IMG/VR virus record: IMGVR_UViG_3300026292_000006
Coordinates: 15,968-79,967 of that record
Length of the DNA: 64,000 nt
Strand: one strand, 5' to 3'
Source of the DNA: a virus
Notes under the pieces: model-generated
Told to the model about the DNA's origin: nothing
Databases searched by the model: none
The model's input: only the letters and a program-made list of their open reading frames with translations
In this document: positions 39,056-47,320 of the stretch, piece after piece
How the letters are laid out: the number at the start of each line of letters is the position of its first letter
Position numbering within the stretch: position 1 is the stretch's first letter
Program-made: the position numbers and the translations under genes

Positions 39056-39178
39056 TTAATCGTTGAGTATACTTAATTTCCTGGATCTTGGGGCATTGTA
39101 TACACTTTGGGGTTGTAATTTGATTGGATTAGTGTTAATTACTGTCTGATAGATTCTCAGCAATGTATCACTATTCAT
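39056..39178 (-). CDS. 40-aa hypothetical protein MNSDTLLRIYQTVIN... (not in the ORF track)
   Basis: Open frame filling the gap. Confidence 0.4.
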   Translation of the reverse strand: MNSDTLLRIYQTVINTNPIKLQPQSVYNAPRSRKLSILND

Positions 39179-39253
39179 TGTATCCTTAGTTGTTAGTGAA
39201 AGCATTGAAATTAACCTCGTAATGTGTTATTTAGTAGTGATACCAGTAGGTAT

Positions 39254-39280
39254 AAAGAAAGAGGGGAGATTATCCCCTCT
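39254..39280 (-). terminator. Rho-independent terminator
   Basis: AGAGGGGA-TAATC-TCCCCTCT-TTCTTT after the 36-aa ORF. Confidence 0.7.
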
Positions 39281-39289
39281 AAGTGTCAT

Positions 39290-39400
39290 TTATGATGCTG
39301 ATAGGTAAGCATCAATTACTGCTAGTAATTCGTTGCCTGATTGACATTTAGCGAGATCTTCAGATAGAAAACGCAAAGCAACATTCACTGAGTTTGACAT
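39290..39400 (-). CDS. 36-aa hypothetical protein MSNSVNVALRFLSEDLAKCQSGNELLAVIDAYLSAS (not in the ORF track)
   Basis: Clean ORF between a structured leader and a terminator. Confidence 0.65.
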   Translation of the reverse strand: MSNSVNVALRFLSEDLAKCQSGNELLAVIDAYLSAS

Positions 39401-39464
39401 AATTAAGGCAACAAATAAAGGACGTTGAATAACAGTTTAGCGTCATGTTTAGGACGATTGAGTG

Positions 39465-39785
39465 TTAGTCTAACTCAACATTCATACCTGAGAAAAATGG
39501 CATTGTGCCCATTTTGTTTCCACTTAGATACCATGTCCAGTCTTTTTGAAACACTCGGCAACCGTAAGAAACCTCGTCTAGCAATGCATTTAGACGTGAT
39601 TTAGTTGTATTTGATTGCCATCCACCGTCAAAGATTTGCACAAATGTGTCACCCACTCTAGCAATTAGATTGCCATGTAAGTATACATTAGCAATGCGAT
39701 CTTCCCAAGTCACTTGTGTATTTGCTTTCGAGAAGTTTGTGTTACTTCTGATTGCTGAATTCATTTGTGATTCGATTTTACGCAT
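39465..39785 (-). CDS. Conserved cyanophage early protein (MRKIESQMN..VYLHGNLIA..GGWQSNTTKSRLNAL)
   Basis: True start is probably ATG 39785, downstream of the early promoter motif. Confidence 0.8.
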   Translation of the reverse strand: MRKIESQMNSAIRSNTNFSKANTQVTWEDRIANVYLHGNLIARVGDTFVQIFDGGWQSNTTKSRLNALLDEVSYGCRVFQKDWTWYLSGNKMGTMPFFSGMNVELD

Positions 39786-39842
39786 GTTTGAAAAGAGTTG
39801 TTTGTAAGAATGAAAATCGGTTGGTTTCCCTCCGATGTCTTT

Positions 39843-39900
39843 ATTATAGTGCATTTCCGTGTCCTGTGCGGGAATAGTGGACACTTTGCGGACTAGCACA
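39843..39900 (-). promoter_or_regulatory. Bipartite early promoter motif, copy 1
   Basis: GTGCTAGT-N5-AAGTGTCCAC-N28-TATAAT. Confidence 0.7.
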
Positions 39901-41113
39901 CCGCATGCGTGTGTGTGCCATCTATGAATATATCATTAACTATTCTTTCGATTCTTTTATAACACTTAGTGCCATAAGATTTGTGAATAGGAATAACACA
40001 ATAACCAGTGGATTTGCGATACAAACTAACATTGCCAGCAGGAAGATTGCCTTCTTTAATGTTAATGGAATCTTGCTTATTAAGTCTAATAACTCTACCA
40101 ATACTTTGTGCCATTTCGATGACGTTAAGGTTTCGCAAGAATAAAGTATGAGTGAGTCCACTAACATTAATGCCTTCTGATAAAATCGAGTAATGAAATA
40201 TGACGAATTTCTTGTTATCGTCTTCACCCCATTGTTTGAGAGTTTCAAAGAATGTCGTGCGATTGACTTTAGTTTTGTTAACATAAGCACCAAATTTACT
40301 TGTAATGTGTAATACTTCATACCCACGAGTTTCTAACTCTTTGAGTAGAGAAGTATGTCCTAACATGTTATTTAAAATCCTGGAAGATGGGACACTAATT
40401 AACACTTTAGGTGTATCAGTTGTTGTTATTGAATCAATGTAATTTTCAACTGTTAATGCATGATGGACATATGCATTTACCTTATTAAAATGTGTATTAA
40501 CCTCAAATGGCACTATAGTTGGTGGTAGAATACTTCCATTGTTAATTAACTCTGGAGCAGGCACATTCTCAATAATATTACCATAAACTCCACTGTTATT
40601 CATCCCTCTATGATGTTTATAACTCACTCTAGGTGTTGCTGTAAAGTAATAACAACGTGATGCAATTTGACTTGCTGCTGCTACACTAATAAAGAAAGAT
40701 TTACATGTTGAGTTATGTGCTTCATCGAAATATATGTTATCAATGTTAATACCACTCTCAATGATTTGCTTCAAAGAGTGATAAGTTGTAAACAGTAATT
40801 TGCTTCCTTCGTTGTTACTAACCCACTCTTCAATCTCATGTGGTTTAGTAGAACTATCGTAAGAAGTGCGTCCGCTATGTATATGAAATATATTAATATT
40901 ATCGTCTAATTGTTGTATAAAATCATCACATAATTGCTGTGCTAATAGTATACGAGGTGCAACAATTACAGTGGTGTTGTTATCAAGATTTGCCTTGCAA
41001 TCTTGAATCATAATGAAAGTTTTACCACCACCAGTAGGCACTACAATTTGACCTTTATTAGAGGTTTTCATTGATTCAAGTGCTCTTGCTTGATGTGGTC
41101 TTAACTTAATCAT
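39893..41113 (-). CDS. SF2 DEAH-box helicase (ResIII/UvsW-like)
   Basis: LRPHQ, PTGGGKT, FDEAH, FTATP, LSEGINV, QSIGRVIR. Confidence 0.9.
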   Translation of the reverse strand: MIKLRPHQARALESMKTSNKGQIVVPTGGGKTFIMIQDCKANLDNNTTVIVAPRILLAQQLCDDFIQQLDDNINIFHIHSGRTSYDSSTKPHEIEEWVSNNEGSKLLFTTYHSLKQIIESGINIDNIYFDEAHNSTCKSFFISVAAASQIASRCYYFTATPRVSYKHHRGMNNSGVYGNIIENVPAPELINNGSILPPTIVPFEVNTHFNKVNAYVHHALTVENYIDSITTTDTPKVLISVPSSRILNNMLGHTSLLKELETRGYEVLHITSKFGAYVNKTKVNRTTFFETLKQWGEDDNKKFVIFHYSILSEGINVSGLTHTLFLRNLNVIEMAQSIGRVIRLNKQDSINIKEGNLPAGNVSLYRKSTGYCVIPIHKSYGTKCYKRIERIVNDIFIDGTHTHAVC

Positions 41114-41297
41114 TATTAAATGGAATAAATGGGTTAATAGTAACATTATAACCTATTACATCAGCATTTACACCACATTCATACCAGTTTACAGATTGGA
41201 TGTGCTCTTGAATTGCTTCACATAATTGCACTGGATTTGGTGCATTCTCTTTGTTGCATTTAATTCTACATTCAAAGATAAACTCTTGATTATTCAT
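41106..41297 (-). CDS. Hypothetical protein
   Basis: 63-aa ORF in an overlapping chain. Confidence 0.65.
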   Translation of the reverse strand: MNNQEFIFECRIKCNKENAPNPVQLCEAIQEHIQSVNWYECGVNADVIGYNVTINPFIPFNND

Positions 41298-41511
41298 AAT
41301 TTGAGTCCTCTGGTTTAATGTTTATTTGAAATGAAAAACTACCGTAGTCATCAAATAGACCACAATTAGAAATAGTATCAAATACAATTTCTGATACTGT
41401 TTGTAAATCCTCTGGTAGGATGTTGCCATTTAGATTAATAGTGCCATCATCATTGTAGTTGATTTCACCATTGAATCCTTCGGGCATTAAATCGTTAGCA
41501 TTAGTTGGCAT
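41290..41511 (-). CDS. Hypothetical protein
   Basis: 73-aa ORF in an overlapping chain. Confidence 0.65.
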   Translation of the reverse strand: MPTNANDLMPEGFNGEINYNDDGTINLNGNILPEDLQTVSEIVFDTISNCGLFDDYGSFSFQINIKPEDSNYE

Positions 41512-41513
41512 GA

Positions 41514-41690
41514 TTAGGCAATTTCAAATGATTGTGTTTTGTCCCATAAGTCAATGTAATCTGTTAACCAGTCACGTTGCTCTATGGTGAGTTGTTGATA
41601 GTAACCATGTAGTAAATCATCAGCACTTAGAAACTCTAAGTCTTGTGATTTACACCATGTTTCTAATAGGTCGGAGAGTGAGTTTAGCAT
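41514..41690 (-). CDS. 58-aa hypothetical protein MLNSLSDLLETWCKSQDLEFLSADDLL... (not in the ORF track)
   Basis: Fills the gap exactly. Confidence 0.7.
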   Translation of the reverse strand: MLNSLSDLLETWCKSQDLEFLSADDLLHGYYQQLTIEQRDWLTDYIDLWDKTQSFEIA

Positions 41691-41705
41691 GATAATTAAT
41701 AAGAA

Positions 41706-41882
41706 TTAAGCGAATAAAGGTCTCATGTAATCTTTGAATTCTTCTCTCATACTGTCTGCAAGTATGCGAAGTTGATTCTCATTTGAGTTGTTGCCACTTG
41801 CAACCAATTCATCGTAACATGCCTGAGATATGCCTTTATCTGTTAGGTCATATTCGTGAAGTGAAACATGCTTGAAAAACAT
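41706..41882 (-). CDS. 58-aa hypothetical protein MFFKHVSLHEYDLTDKGISQACYDEL... (not in the ORF track)
   Basis: First ORF after early promoter copy 2. Confidence 0.7.
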   Translation of the reverse strand: MFFKHVSLHEYDLTDKGISQACYDELVASGNNSNENQLRILADSMREEFKDYMRPLFA

Positions 41883-41916
41883 AATTAAAAAGTCCTTGTG
41901 AATTGCTTATACATCT

Positions 41917-41975
41917 ATTATAACCATAAAAAACACCCTACGGTCGGTAGGGTGTGCCACTTTGTCAAGTGGTTT
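41917..41975 (-). promoter_or_regulatory. Bipartite early promoter motif, copy 2, with an embedded terminator hairpin
   Basis: AAACCACT-N5-AAGTGGCACA-N30-TATAAT; hairpin ACACCCTAC/GTAGGGTGT-TTTTT. Confidence 0.7.
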
Positions 41976-42273
41976 GGTTGAAATGTGTGTTGTAGGAATT
42001 CTTACAATATGTTACAACTTGCTGTGCATAGGGTTGTAACTTCTTAATGTCATCAATTAGTGCATTGATTTCATAAGTGTGAATTTCCCATCTTAATTTG
42101 AAGTCTGATTTATAGTCTTCAAATTTCAACAGTGTAGATGGTCTCACTGTTTCAGTAATCACAACTTCTAAAGGTTTTGTTGATGTTGGATTTACTGGAC
42201 TTGCTTTCTTTGCAGTTGGTTTACGAGTCCTTCTCTTGCGAGTGGTTGTCGTAGATGCTGCTCTAGTTGGCAT
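41965..42273 (-). CDS. Hypothetical protein with a basic N-terminus
   Basis: 102 aa, RKRRTRKPTAKK. Confidence 0.75.
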   Translation of the reverse strand: MPTRAASTTTTRKRRTRKPTAKKASPVNPTSTKPLEVVITETVRPSTLLKFEDYKSDFKLRWEIHTYEINALIDDIKKLQPYAQQVVTYCKNSYNTHFNQTT

Positions 42274-42292
42274 GTAGTCTGTTGTAAAGGAC

Positions 42293-42398
42293 GAGAGGAA
42301 ACAAAACGCACCTTGAATGCTTAAGTTCGATTTAAAAGCGTTTTCTGGTGTGGTATCCGCTACCTTGAAAGTCTTAAATCGAGGTGGTTTGTTTCCCC
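42293..42398 (-). ncRNA. Structured ~105-nt 5' leader or small RNA
   Basis: GGGGAAACAAA/TTTGTTTCCTC and TCGATTTAAGA/TTTTAAATCGA 11-bp stems; begins at the predicted +1. Confidence 0.55.
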
Positions 42399-42404
42399 AC
42401 TATC

Positions 42405-42462
42405 AATATACATGAAAAAACCCCCATTTGGGGGTTTAGTGGTCACTTTGTGGATTGTCCAC
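42405..42462 (-). promoter_or_regulatory. Bipartite early promoter motif, copy 3, with an embedded terminator hairpin
   Basis: TGGACAAT-N5-AAGTGACCAC-N28-TATATT; hairpin AAACCCCCA/TGGGGGTTT-TTT. Confidence 0.7.
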
Positions 42463-42470
42463 TGATTGTT

Positions 42471-42725
42471 TCAATTCATTACGAAATCAAAGTCATTTAT
42501 TAAAATGTCTCTGACTCTCTCTCTGTCTAGTGAATCACCATCACCCCAAGTATAAAAAGATCCTGCGGATGCTTTCATTAATCTATCGTTATACACTTTG
42601 CATGCTTGATAGATTTCACCCTTAGTGACCATCCTATTATCCTTAACAAGTGGATATAGGACATCATCAGGACATCCGTAGAATGAGAAAACGTAATCGA
42701 TGAATTGCTTTAATACTGGATTCAT
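42471..42725 (-). CDS. Hypothetical early protein (FIDYVFSFYG..LYP..GDSLDRERVRDI)
   Basis: 84-aa ORF after promoter copy 4. Confidence 0.8.
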   Translation of the reverse strand: MNPVLKQFIDYVFSFYGCPDDVLYPLVKDNRMVTKGEIYQACKVYNDRLMKASAGSFYTWGDGDSLDRERVRDILINDFDFVMN

Positions 42726-42750
42726 TTAGAGTTTTTGTGTTGTTATCTCT

Positions 42751-42808
42751 ATTATAAAGGATATTCTAAGGTAATATTATTATCTTGTGCCACTAATTCA
42801 ACTGGTTT
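42751..42808 (-). promoter_or_regulatory. Bipartite early promoter motif, copy 4
   Basis: AAACCAGT-N5-TAGTGGCACA-N29-TATAAT. Confidence 0.65.
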
Positions 42809-43175
42809 TATTAATCTCGTCTTGTGCTGCTAGAATGCGTTGTGTTACCTCTTCATTAATATATCCTTCAATAAATATCTTACATTCTGCTAGTGTGTCA
42901 TATGTGTCTATTCTTTCATATGTCCACAATGTCTTATTTTGAAATTTATACAAATGCTTATTATCTACTCTAGTTTGATAATACCTTTTCATACCTTCTA
43001 TATTATTTAATTTACAAGGTAGTCTTTGATTTAACTCAAATTTAGTATTATTTTCAGTAATAGTATATGCTGGAAGTTGTATACTATCCACAACAATGTT
43101 ATCATCACTAATGAATATATTTTCGTGATGATAACTAAATTCGTTGTTAATAACAGTGCTAGTTATTGATGCCAT
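42798..43175 (-). CDS. Hypothetical protein (paralogue of the adjacent gene)
   Basis: 125 aa; YDTLAECKIFI motif. Confidence 0.75.
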   Translation of the reverse strand: MASITSTVINNEFSYHHENIFISDDNIVVDSIQLPAYTITENNTKFELNQRLPCKLNNIEGMKRYYQTRVDNKHLYKFQNKTLWTYERIDTYDTLAECKIFIEGYINEEVTQRILAAQDEINKTS

Positions 43176-43482
43176 GAGTTAACATTATTTGTGTGTCTAA
43201 TCTATTAATATGCTCAAATATCCATTGCTTTGCATCTGCTACTGTATCAAATTCACTAACTTGAGCATAATCCCATTTATCAATATTATTATATTTAATA
43301 CGATGTCTTTGTGATACTTTATAAGTGGTATTATCTTTATTTGTAATAACAAATGCTGATAATCTCTTGTCACCATCCCATATGCTGTCATATGTAATGA
43401 ATACATCTTCAACATATCCTGATACATGATTTCTCCGTTGAGAATCACATATATCTAATAATTGTAATGTATTCATTGACAT
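43159..43482 (-). CDS. Hypothetical protein (paralogue of the adjacent gene)
   Basis: 107 aa; FDTVADAKQWI motif. Confidence 0.75.
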   Translation of the reverse strand: MSMNTLQLLDICDSQRRNHVSGYVEDVFITYDSIWDGDKRLSAFVITNKDNTTYKVSQRHRIKYNNIDKWDYAQVSEFDTVADAKQWIFEHINRLDTQIMLTHGINN

Positions 43483-43655
43483 AATTCTTCAAAACGTCTT
43501 TGTGCTTCCTCTGCTATTACTGGTAAATAACCTCTTTCACTAGATTGGTCTAGTGCATCTAATTGGTCAAATGTTAGACCATGCTCTTTAGCAAAATCAG
43601 TCCATGCTTCATCATAGCATGTTTCAAGTAGTGTTTCATGATGTAGTGATGACAT
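43473..43655 (-). CDS. Hypothetical protein (MSSLHHETLLETCYDEAW...ArrRFEELCQ type)
   Basis: 60-aa ORF of a type common in cyanophage early regions. Confidence 0.75.
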   Translation of the reverse strand: MSSLHHETLLETCYDEAWTDFAKEHGLTFDQLDALDQSSERGYLPVIAEEAQRRFEELCQ

Positions 43656-43659
43656 TTAA

Positions 43660-43872
43660 TTAATCTCCAAGAATAGTGTGATTGTAACCCATACGAGATG
43701 CAACTTTGTTGTATACATCATTAACAATATAATCCTCTATATTGTTGGATAATCCGTATTCATTATCCTTTGAGTATTTTTGGACATTTTCAGACATGTT
43801 ATCATATTTATCTTTAACATATCCGAATAATGCCATAAACTCTGCATTTTCAAATGTAATAGTAACTGACAT
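43660..43872 (-). CDS. Hypothetical protein
   Basis: 70-aa ORF in a tight chain. Confidence 0.7.
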   Translation of the reverse strand: MSVTITFENAEFMALFGYVKDKYDNMSENVQKYSKDNEYGLSNNIEDYIVNDVYNKVASRMGYNHTILGD

Positions 43873-44280
43873 TTAATTACCTCTGTCAATTACTTTATCC
43901 CACACTGCTGAAAACTGGTCATGTGTGGTATCACCATCCTCTACGAGTCTGGTATCGATATCCAGTGCTGCTGCACTGCTGAAGACTTGAGCAATCAAGT
44001 CAAAATCTTCTTTGGTGAGTGTGTTTGAAGTCATTTTAAGGTTGAATTGCTTTGACTCTTCTATTATATCCGAAAATCGACCGTATGGTGACCAAGGTGG
44101 ACACTTTGGAAACCGTCTCATTATTTCTGCTTCAACCTTCACCAGTAAATCGTGGTCATTCTCATTCCATAAGCACCCCTTAGGGACGTTACAGTCCCCT
44201 CTTTCCTCATAAGGTTTATACATCCTCTTGATGCTTAACCATCCTCTGATTGCCTTTAATTGGTCTTTGTTGAGATCCAC
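43873..44280 (-). CDS. Hypothetical protein; probable GTG start at 44280 and internal ATG start at 44034
   Basis: ORF spans an internal early promoter. Confidence 0.6.
   Translation of the reverse strand: MDLNKDQLKAIRGWLSIKRMYKPYEERGDCNVPKGCLWNENDHDLLVKVEAEIMRRFPKCPPWSPYGRFSDIIEESKQFNLKMTSNTLTKEDFDLIAQVFSSAAALDIDTRLVEDGDTTHDQFSAVWDKVIDRGN
44063..44119 (-). promoter_or_regulatory. Bipartite early promoter motif, copy 5 (intragenic)
   Basis: GAGACGGT-N5-AAGTGTCCAC-N28-TATAAT. Confidence 0.7.
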
Positions 44281-44281
44281 A

Positions 44282-44521
44282 TTATAATCGGTTGCCTTTA
44301 GGTATTTTACCACCACTGAAGTATGCATGCAACTTTGTTGCCTTCTCACTATATTTGTTGTGAAATCTTACATACTCTTGTAATTCTTGTTGAAATTCAG
44401 TATAAATTTGCTCTGGTGATGCATCCGAGGTCATATAATCTGCAATTAAATCTTTAATTGTATTTCTACGATTGAATGCGATTGTATCACCTTCATTTAG
44501 TTTATATTTGTGAAATTGCAT
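44282..44521 (-). CDS. Hypothetical helical protein
   Basis: 79 aa; resembles 45902..46237. Confidence 0.7.
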   Translation of the reverse strand: MQFHKYKLNEGDTIAFNRRNTIKDLIADYMTSDASPEQIYTEFQQELQEYVRFHNKYSEKATKLHAYFSGGKIPKGNRL

Positions 44522-45159
44522 TAGTTACTAGGTGTAATGTTTGCTGTTAATGTAATTCTCTCATTCTTAGGGTTAGTATCATAACCATGAGTCAAATTAG
44601 CAGGAAATATAATAATATCACCTTCATTAATTTCAAATGTTGCTTCAGTCATATTATATGGTGTTAACTCTGTGCTATCAATTTGAATGATAGGATAATG
44701 TGCTGAAGCAATATTACGTCTCCATTTAATATAACTATGGTCTTCCTTATTGTAGTTAATAAAATAACACAAACTAAACAAACAGTTACTAACTTCATGT
44801 GGTGCATAAATTGCACCTTCAGATGCTAACTCAAGGTAACTATCATTAATTGAGAAATTAGACTTATACTTCATACTATTATTATTATGCTTATCAACTG
44901 CATCTATAATAGTTCTGTGTAACTCAGGGATTGCATTTACACATTCATTATTATTACCTACTTGCACAACATTATGACAAATAGATTCTCTACCATGTTT
45001 TTCAAGTATCTTACTTTCATTCATCCATAATAGAATTTGCTCTTTCAATTCTTTATGATTAGGACATGTATATTTCGTTACTGGTGTAGGAAATAGTCCA
45101 TAAGTTTCATGTTGAATCTTATCAAGTAGTGTATCAGATAGTGGGTGATTGTTATTCAT
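44521..45159 (-). CDS. Putative 2OG-Fe(II) oxygenase (TIGR02466-like) with an atypical H-E-V metal motif
   Basis: LFPTPV, PHEVSN..S..YF, EGDIIIFPANLTH, RITLTAN. Confidence 0.8.
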   Translation of the reverse strand: MNNNHPLSDTLLDKIQHETYGLFPTPVTKYTCPNHKELKEQILLWMNESKILEKHGRESICHNVVQVGNNNECVNAIPELHRTIIDAVDKHNNNSMKYKSNFSINDSYLELASEGAIYAPHEVSNCLFSLCYFINYNKEDHSYIKWRRNIASAHYPIIQIDSTELTPYNMTEATFEINEGDIIIFPANLTHGYDTNPKNERITLTANITPSN

Positions 45160-45764
45160 GTCAGTGGTGTAATAAATGGTGAGTATAACTCTTGAATTGG
45201 TTTTAATGGATAAACTGCACCTAAACTAACTCTATATCCTTCGGTTGGTGCTTCACCTCTATGATATTCTGCACTATTAAATATTACCATCCTTCCTTCC
45301 TTAAATGATATTCTTTCAACATCATTGCCCTCTTCATTAACAATAACTGTATCCCCACTATTTCCATGTGCCATGTATATAATTGTGAGATAATCTTTAC
45401 TATCAGCATCGCAATGGTTACATCCATTTTGTCCTGGTAATTGTCCATTAAGTAATATTCTGTGGCAATGATTTATGTTTAATTCTTTACATATATCATT
45501 GTAAATACATCTATTAAAATAATCAACAAACCAATAGTATGGTAAATCTTGGAACTTGTCATCCAAGTATAACATAGTACCAAAGAATCGTGCTTTATCA
45601 AAATCAGCATAAGGTGAGTTAGTATACTTTACAGGCATACTCTCAGTGTCCTTAGATACTATGTCAACTAACCAAGGTGGAAAGTAATCATCAATAACTT
45701 TAACTAATTCGTTAGTCACTTGCTCTCCATTGTTTATAGGAATTACGTTGTGCATCTTGTGCAT
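45156..45764 (-). CDS. 2OG-Fe(II) oxygenase (prolyl-hydroxylase-like)
   Basis: HCD, GRMVIFNS..YHRG, RVS. Confidence 0.85.
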   Translation of the reverse strand: MHKMHNVIPINNGEQVTNELVKVIDDYFPPWLVDIVSKDTESMPVKYTNSPYADFDKARFFGTMLYLDDKFQDLPYYWFVDYFNRCIYNDICKELNINHCHRILLNGQLPGQNGCNHCDADSKDYLTIIYMAHGNSGDTVIVNEEGNDVERISFKEGRMVIFNSAEYHRGEAPTEGYRVSLGAVYPLKPIQELYSPFITPLT

Positions 45765-45920
45765 CCTTGAGTATCTTCTTTAGATCCTCACATGCTTCAA
45801 TTCTCTCACTTATATTGTCATTTAATGCATCAGCATTACCTGCAATTTGATTGGTTAATTCAATAACCTTTTGAAGTGCCTTTGCTGCCTCTTCTCCCTT
45901 CTTAGTAGGATCCTGTGCCA
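45712..45920 (-). CDS. Hypothetical coiled-coil protein
   Basis: Probable start MAQDPTKK. Confidence 0.55.
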
Positions 45921-46237
45921 TGATTAAATTTCTCTGTGATAAACGTCTTATCATATTTGGGGGCACCAACGAGCAATGAATGGGCATCTTTGAGCACTTT
46001 TAAGCGTGACTCGTGATGTGTTTCCAAATCATTTAGTGCTGTCTTCACTGCATCAACAAACTCACCTGCTGTGAGAGTTTGTGACTCAACATACTCTTCC
46101 AATACATCTTTAACTGCTGCTACACAACAATTAATATCTGCTCTGTGGTCTGCTAGTGACTTGCTAGTCTCTTCATTTAGTGGTGAAGTTTGGTATGATG
46201 CTGCACTATCTTGTAGTGTCTCACTGCTGTAGGTCAT
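45902..46237 (-). CDS. Hypothetical helical protein
   Basis: 111 aa. Confidence 0.7.
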   Translation of the reverse strand: MTYSSETLQDSAASYQTSPLNEETSKSLADHRADINCCVAAVKDVLEEYVESQTLTAGEFVDAVKTALNDLETHHESRLKVLKDAHSLLVGAPKYDKTFITEKFNHGTGSY

Positions 46238-46437
46238 AGTTCTTTATACTCCCAATTTGGGTCATCTTTTACATTAATCCAAAACCAAAAGTCTGGATTG
46301 TCTGGTGCTGATAGAAATATCTTATCAGACCTCTTGTGCTCTAAGGTAACAATATTTCTACTGTTTAAGTAGGTTGAAAACGTTAGTTTACTCTGCTTAG
46401 ATATAGGTGTAACCCATACCTTACGTCTTAATGTCAT
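46234..46437 (-). CDS. Hypothetical protein (VTPISK..FWFWIN..DDPNW)
   Basis: 67 aa, coupled overlaps. Confidence 0.75.
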   Translation of the reverse strand: MTLRRKVWVTPISKQSKLTFSTYLNSRNIVTLEHKRSDKIFLSAPDNPDFWFWINVKDDPNWEYKEL

Positions 46438-47272
46438 TTAATCTAGTAAGTAGATTGTCTTGAAGTGGTGCAACTCTATCTTTACACATATCATAATATG
46501 TATCATCAATTTCAAATCCAATGAAGTGTCTGTTTTCTTCTATTGATATTTGTGCTGTTGTGCCACTACCCATGAATGGATCCAATACTACATCACCTTC
46601 ATTTGTCCATGTTTGAATGTGACCTCTTGCCAATTCTTCTGGCATCGTAGCAGGATGTTTATAGGCATTCTTATTTGATTGTCCAAATCCTCCACTGTTG
46701 TTAATTCTCCAGATATTATTACGAGCACCAAACTCTCGTATGGGATTCGTCTTCTTATCTCTTACAACTAACTTACCATCTTTACCACGTCCTCTTGCAT
46801 TACCCCATGATGTAACACCTGCCCACTTATTTGGTTTATCACAAATAATATTAGTAGTCTTTGGTTTACCCTTAGATAATATAAAACAATATTCAAATGC
46901 TTGACTATATCTAACAGACTTAGGACCACTAGCAAATGCTATACCAGTCTTCTCATATATCATTGTATCATGTAATCTCAAACCACATACATCTTTAAAA
47001 TGTAATGCTTGTCTGAATGATGTGCCTGACTCACTACCATTTATAGTAGCATCATTAACATTCCACATAATAACACCACCAGGTTTTAGGACTCTCTCCA
47101 GTTGTGCTGCAACTGAATAGAATATATCCATTGACCATTTACTGCTATCATTATATGTCCTAAGGTCATCATATGGTGGTGATGTCACAACCAAATCGAC
47201 CGACTCCTCATCCATTTGTTGCATACCTGCAACACAATTTACATGATATGTTTTATCTAACTCTAATCCCAT
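46421..47272 (-). CDS. DNA N4-cytosine/N6-adenine methyltransferase (beta class)
   Basis: VDLVVTSPPY, HPATMP, VLDPFMGSGTT, FIGFEI. Confidence 0.93.
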   Translation of the reverse strand: MGLELDKTYHVNCVAGMQQMDEESVDLVVTSPPYDDLRTYNDSSKWSMDIFYSVAAQLERVLKPGGVIMWNVNDATINGSESGTSFRQALHFKDVCGLRLHDTMIYEKTGIAFASGPKSVRYSQAFEYCFILSKGKPKTTNIICDKPNKWAGVTSWGNARGRGKDGKLVVRDKKTNPIREFGARNNIWRINNSGGFGQSNKNAYKHPATMPEELARGHIQTWTNEGDVVLDPFMGSGTTAQISIEENRHFIGFEIDDTYYDMCKDRVAPLQDNLLTRLNDIKT

Positions 47273-47320
47273 GTACATTAAAAGAGGATACAAGTATTAT
47301 AAACTCATATCCTCCTATTG

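Noticed and set aside
39431-39456. preQ1 or glutamine riboswitch assignment for the small pseudoknot
   Set aside because: It lacks the conserved aptamer nucleotides as I recall them and the gene context is unrelated, so it is kept only as an unassigned structure.
39893-41113. Helicase as the R subunit of a type I/III R-M system with the MTases
   Set aside because: It has no nuclease domain, lies 5 kb away in a different transcription unit, and stand-alone helicases are common in these phages.
37500-44500. tRNA genes in the intergenic gaps
   Set aside because: No cloverleaf or T-loop GTTCGA context found; the gaps are explained by small ORFs, promoters and hairpins.
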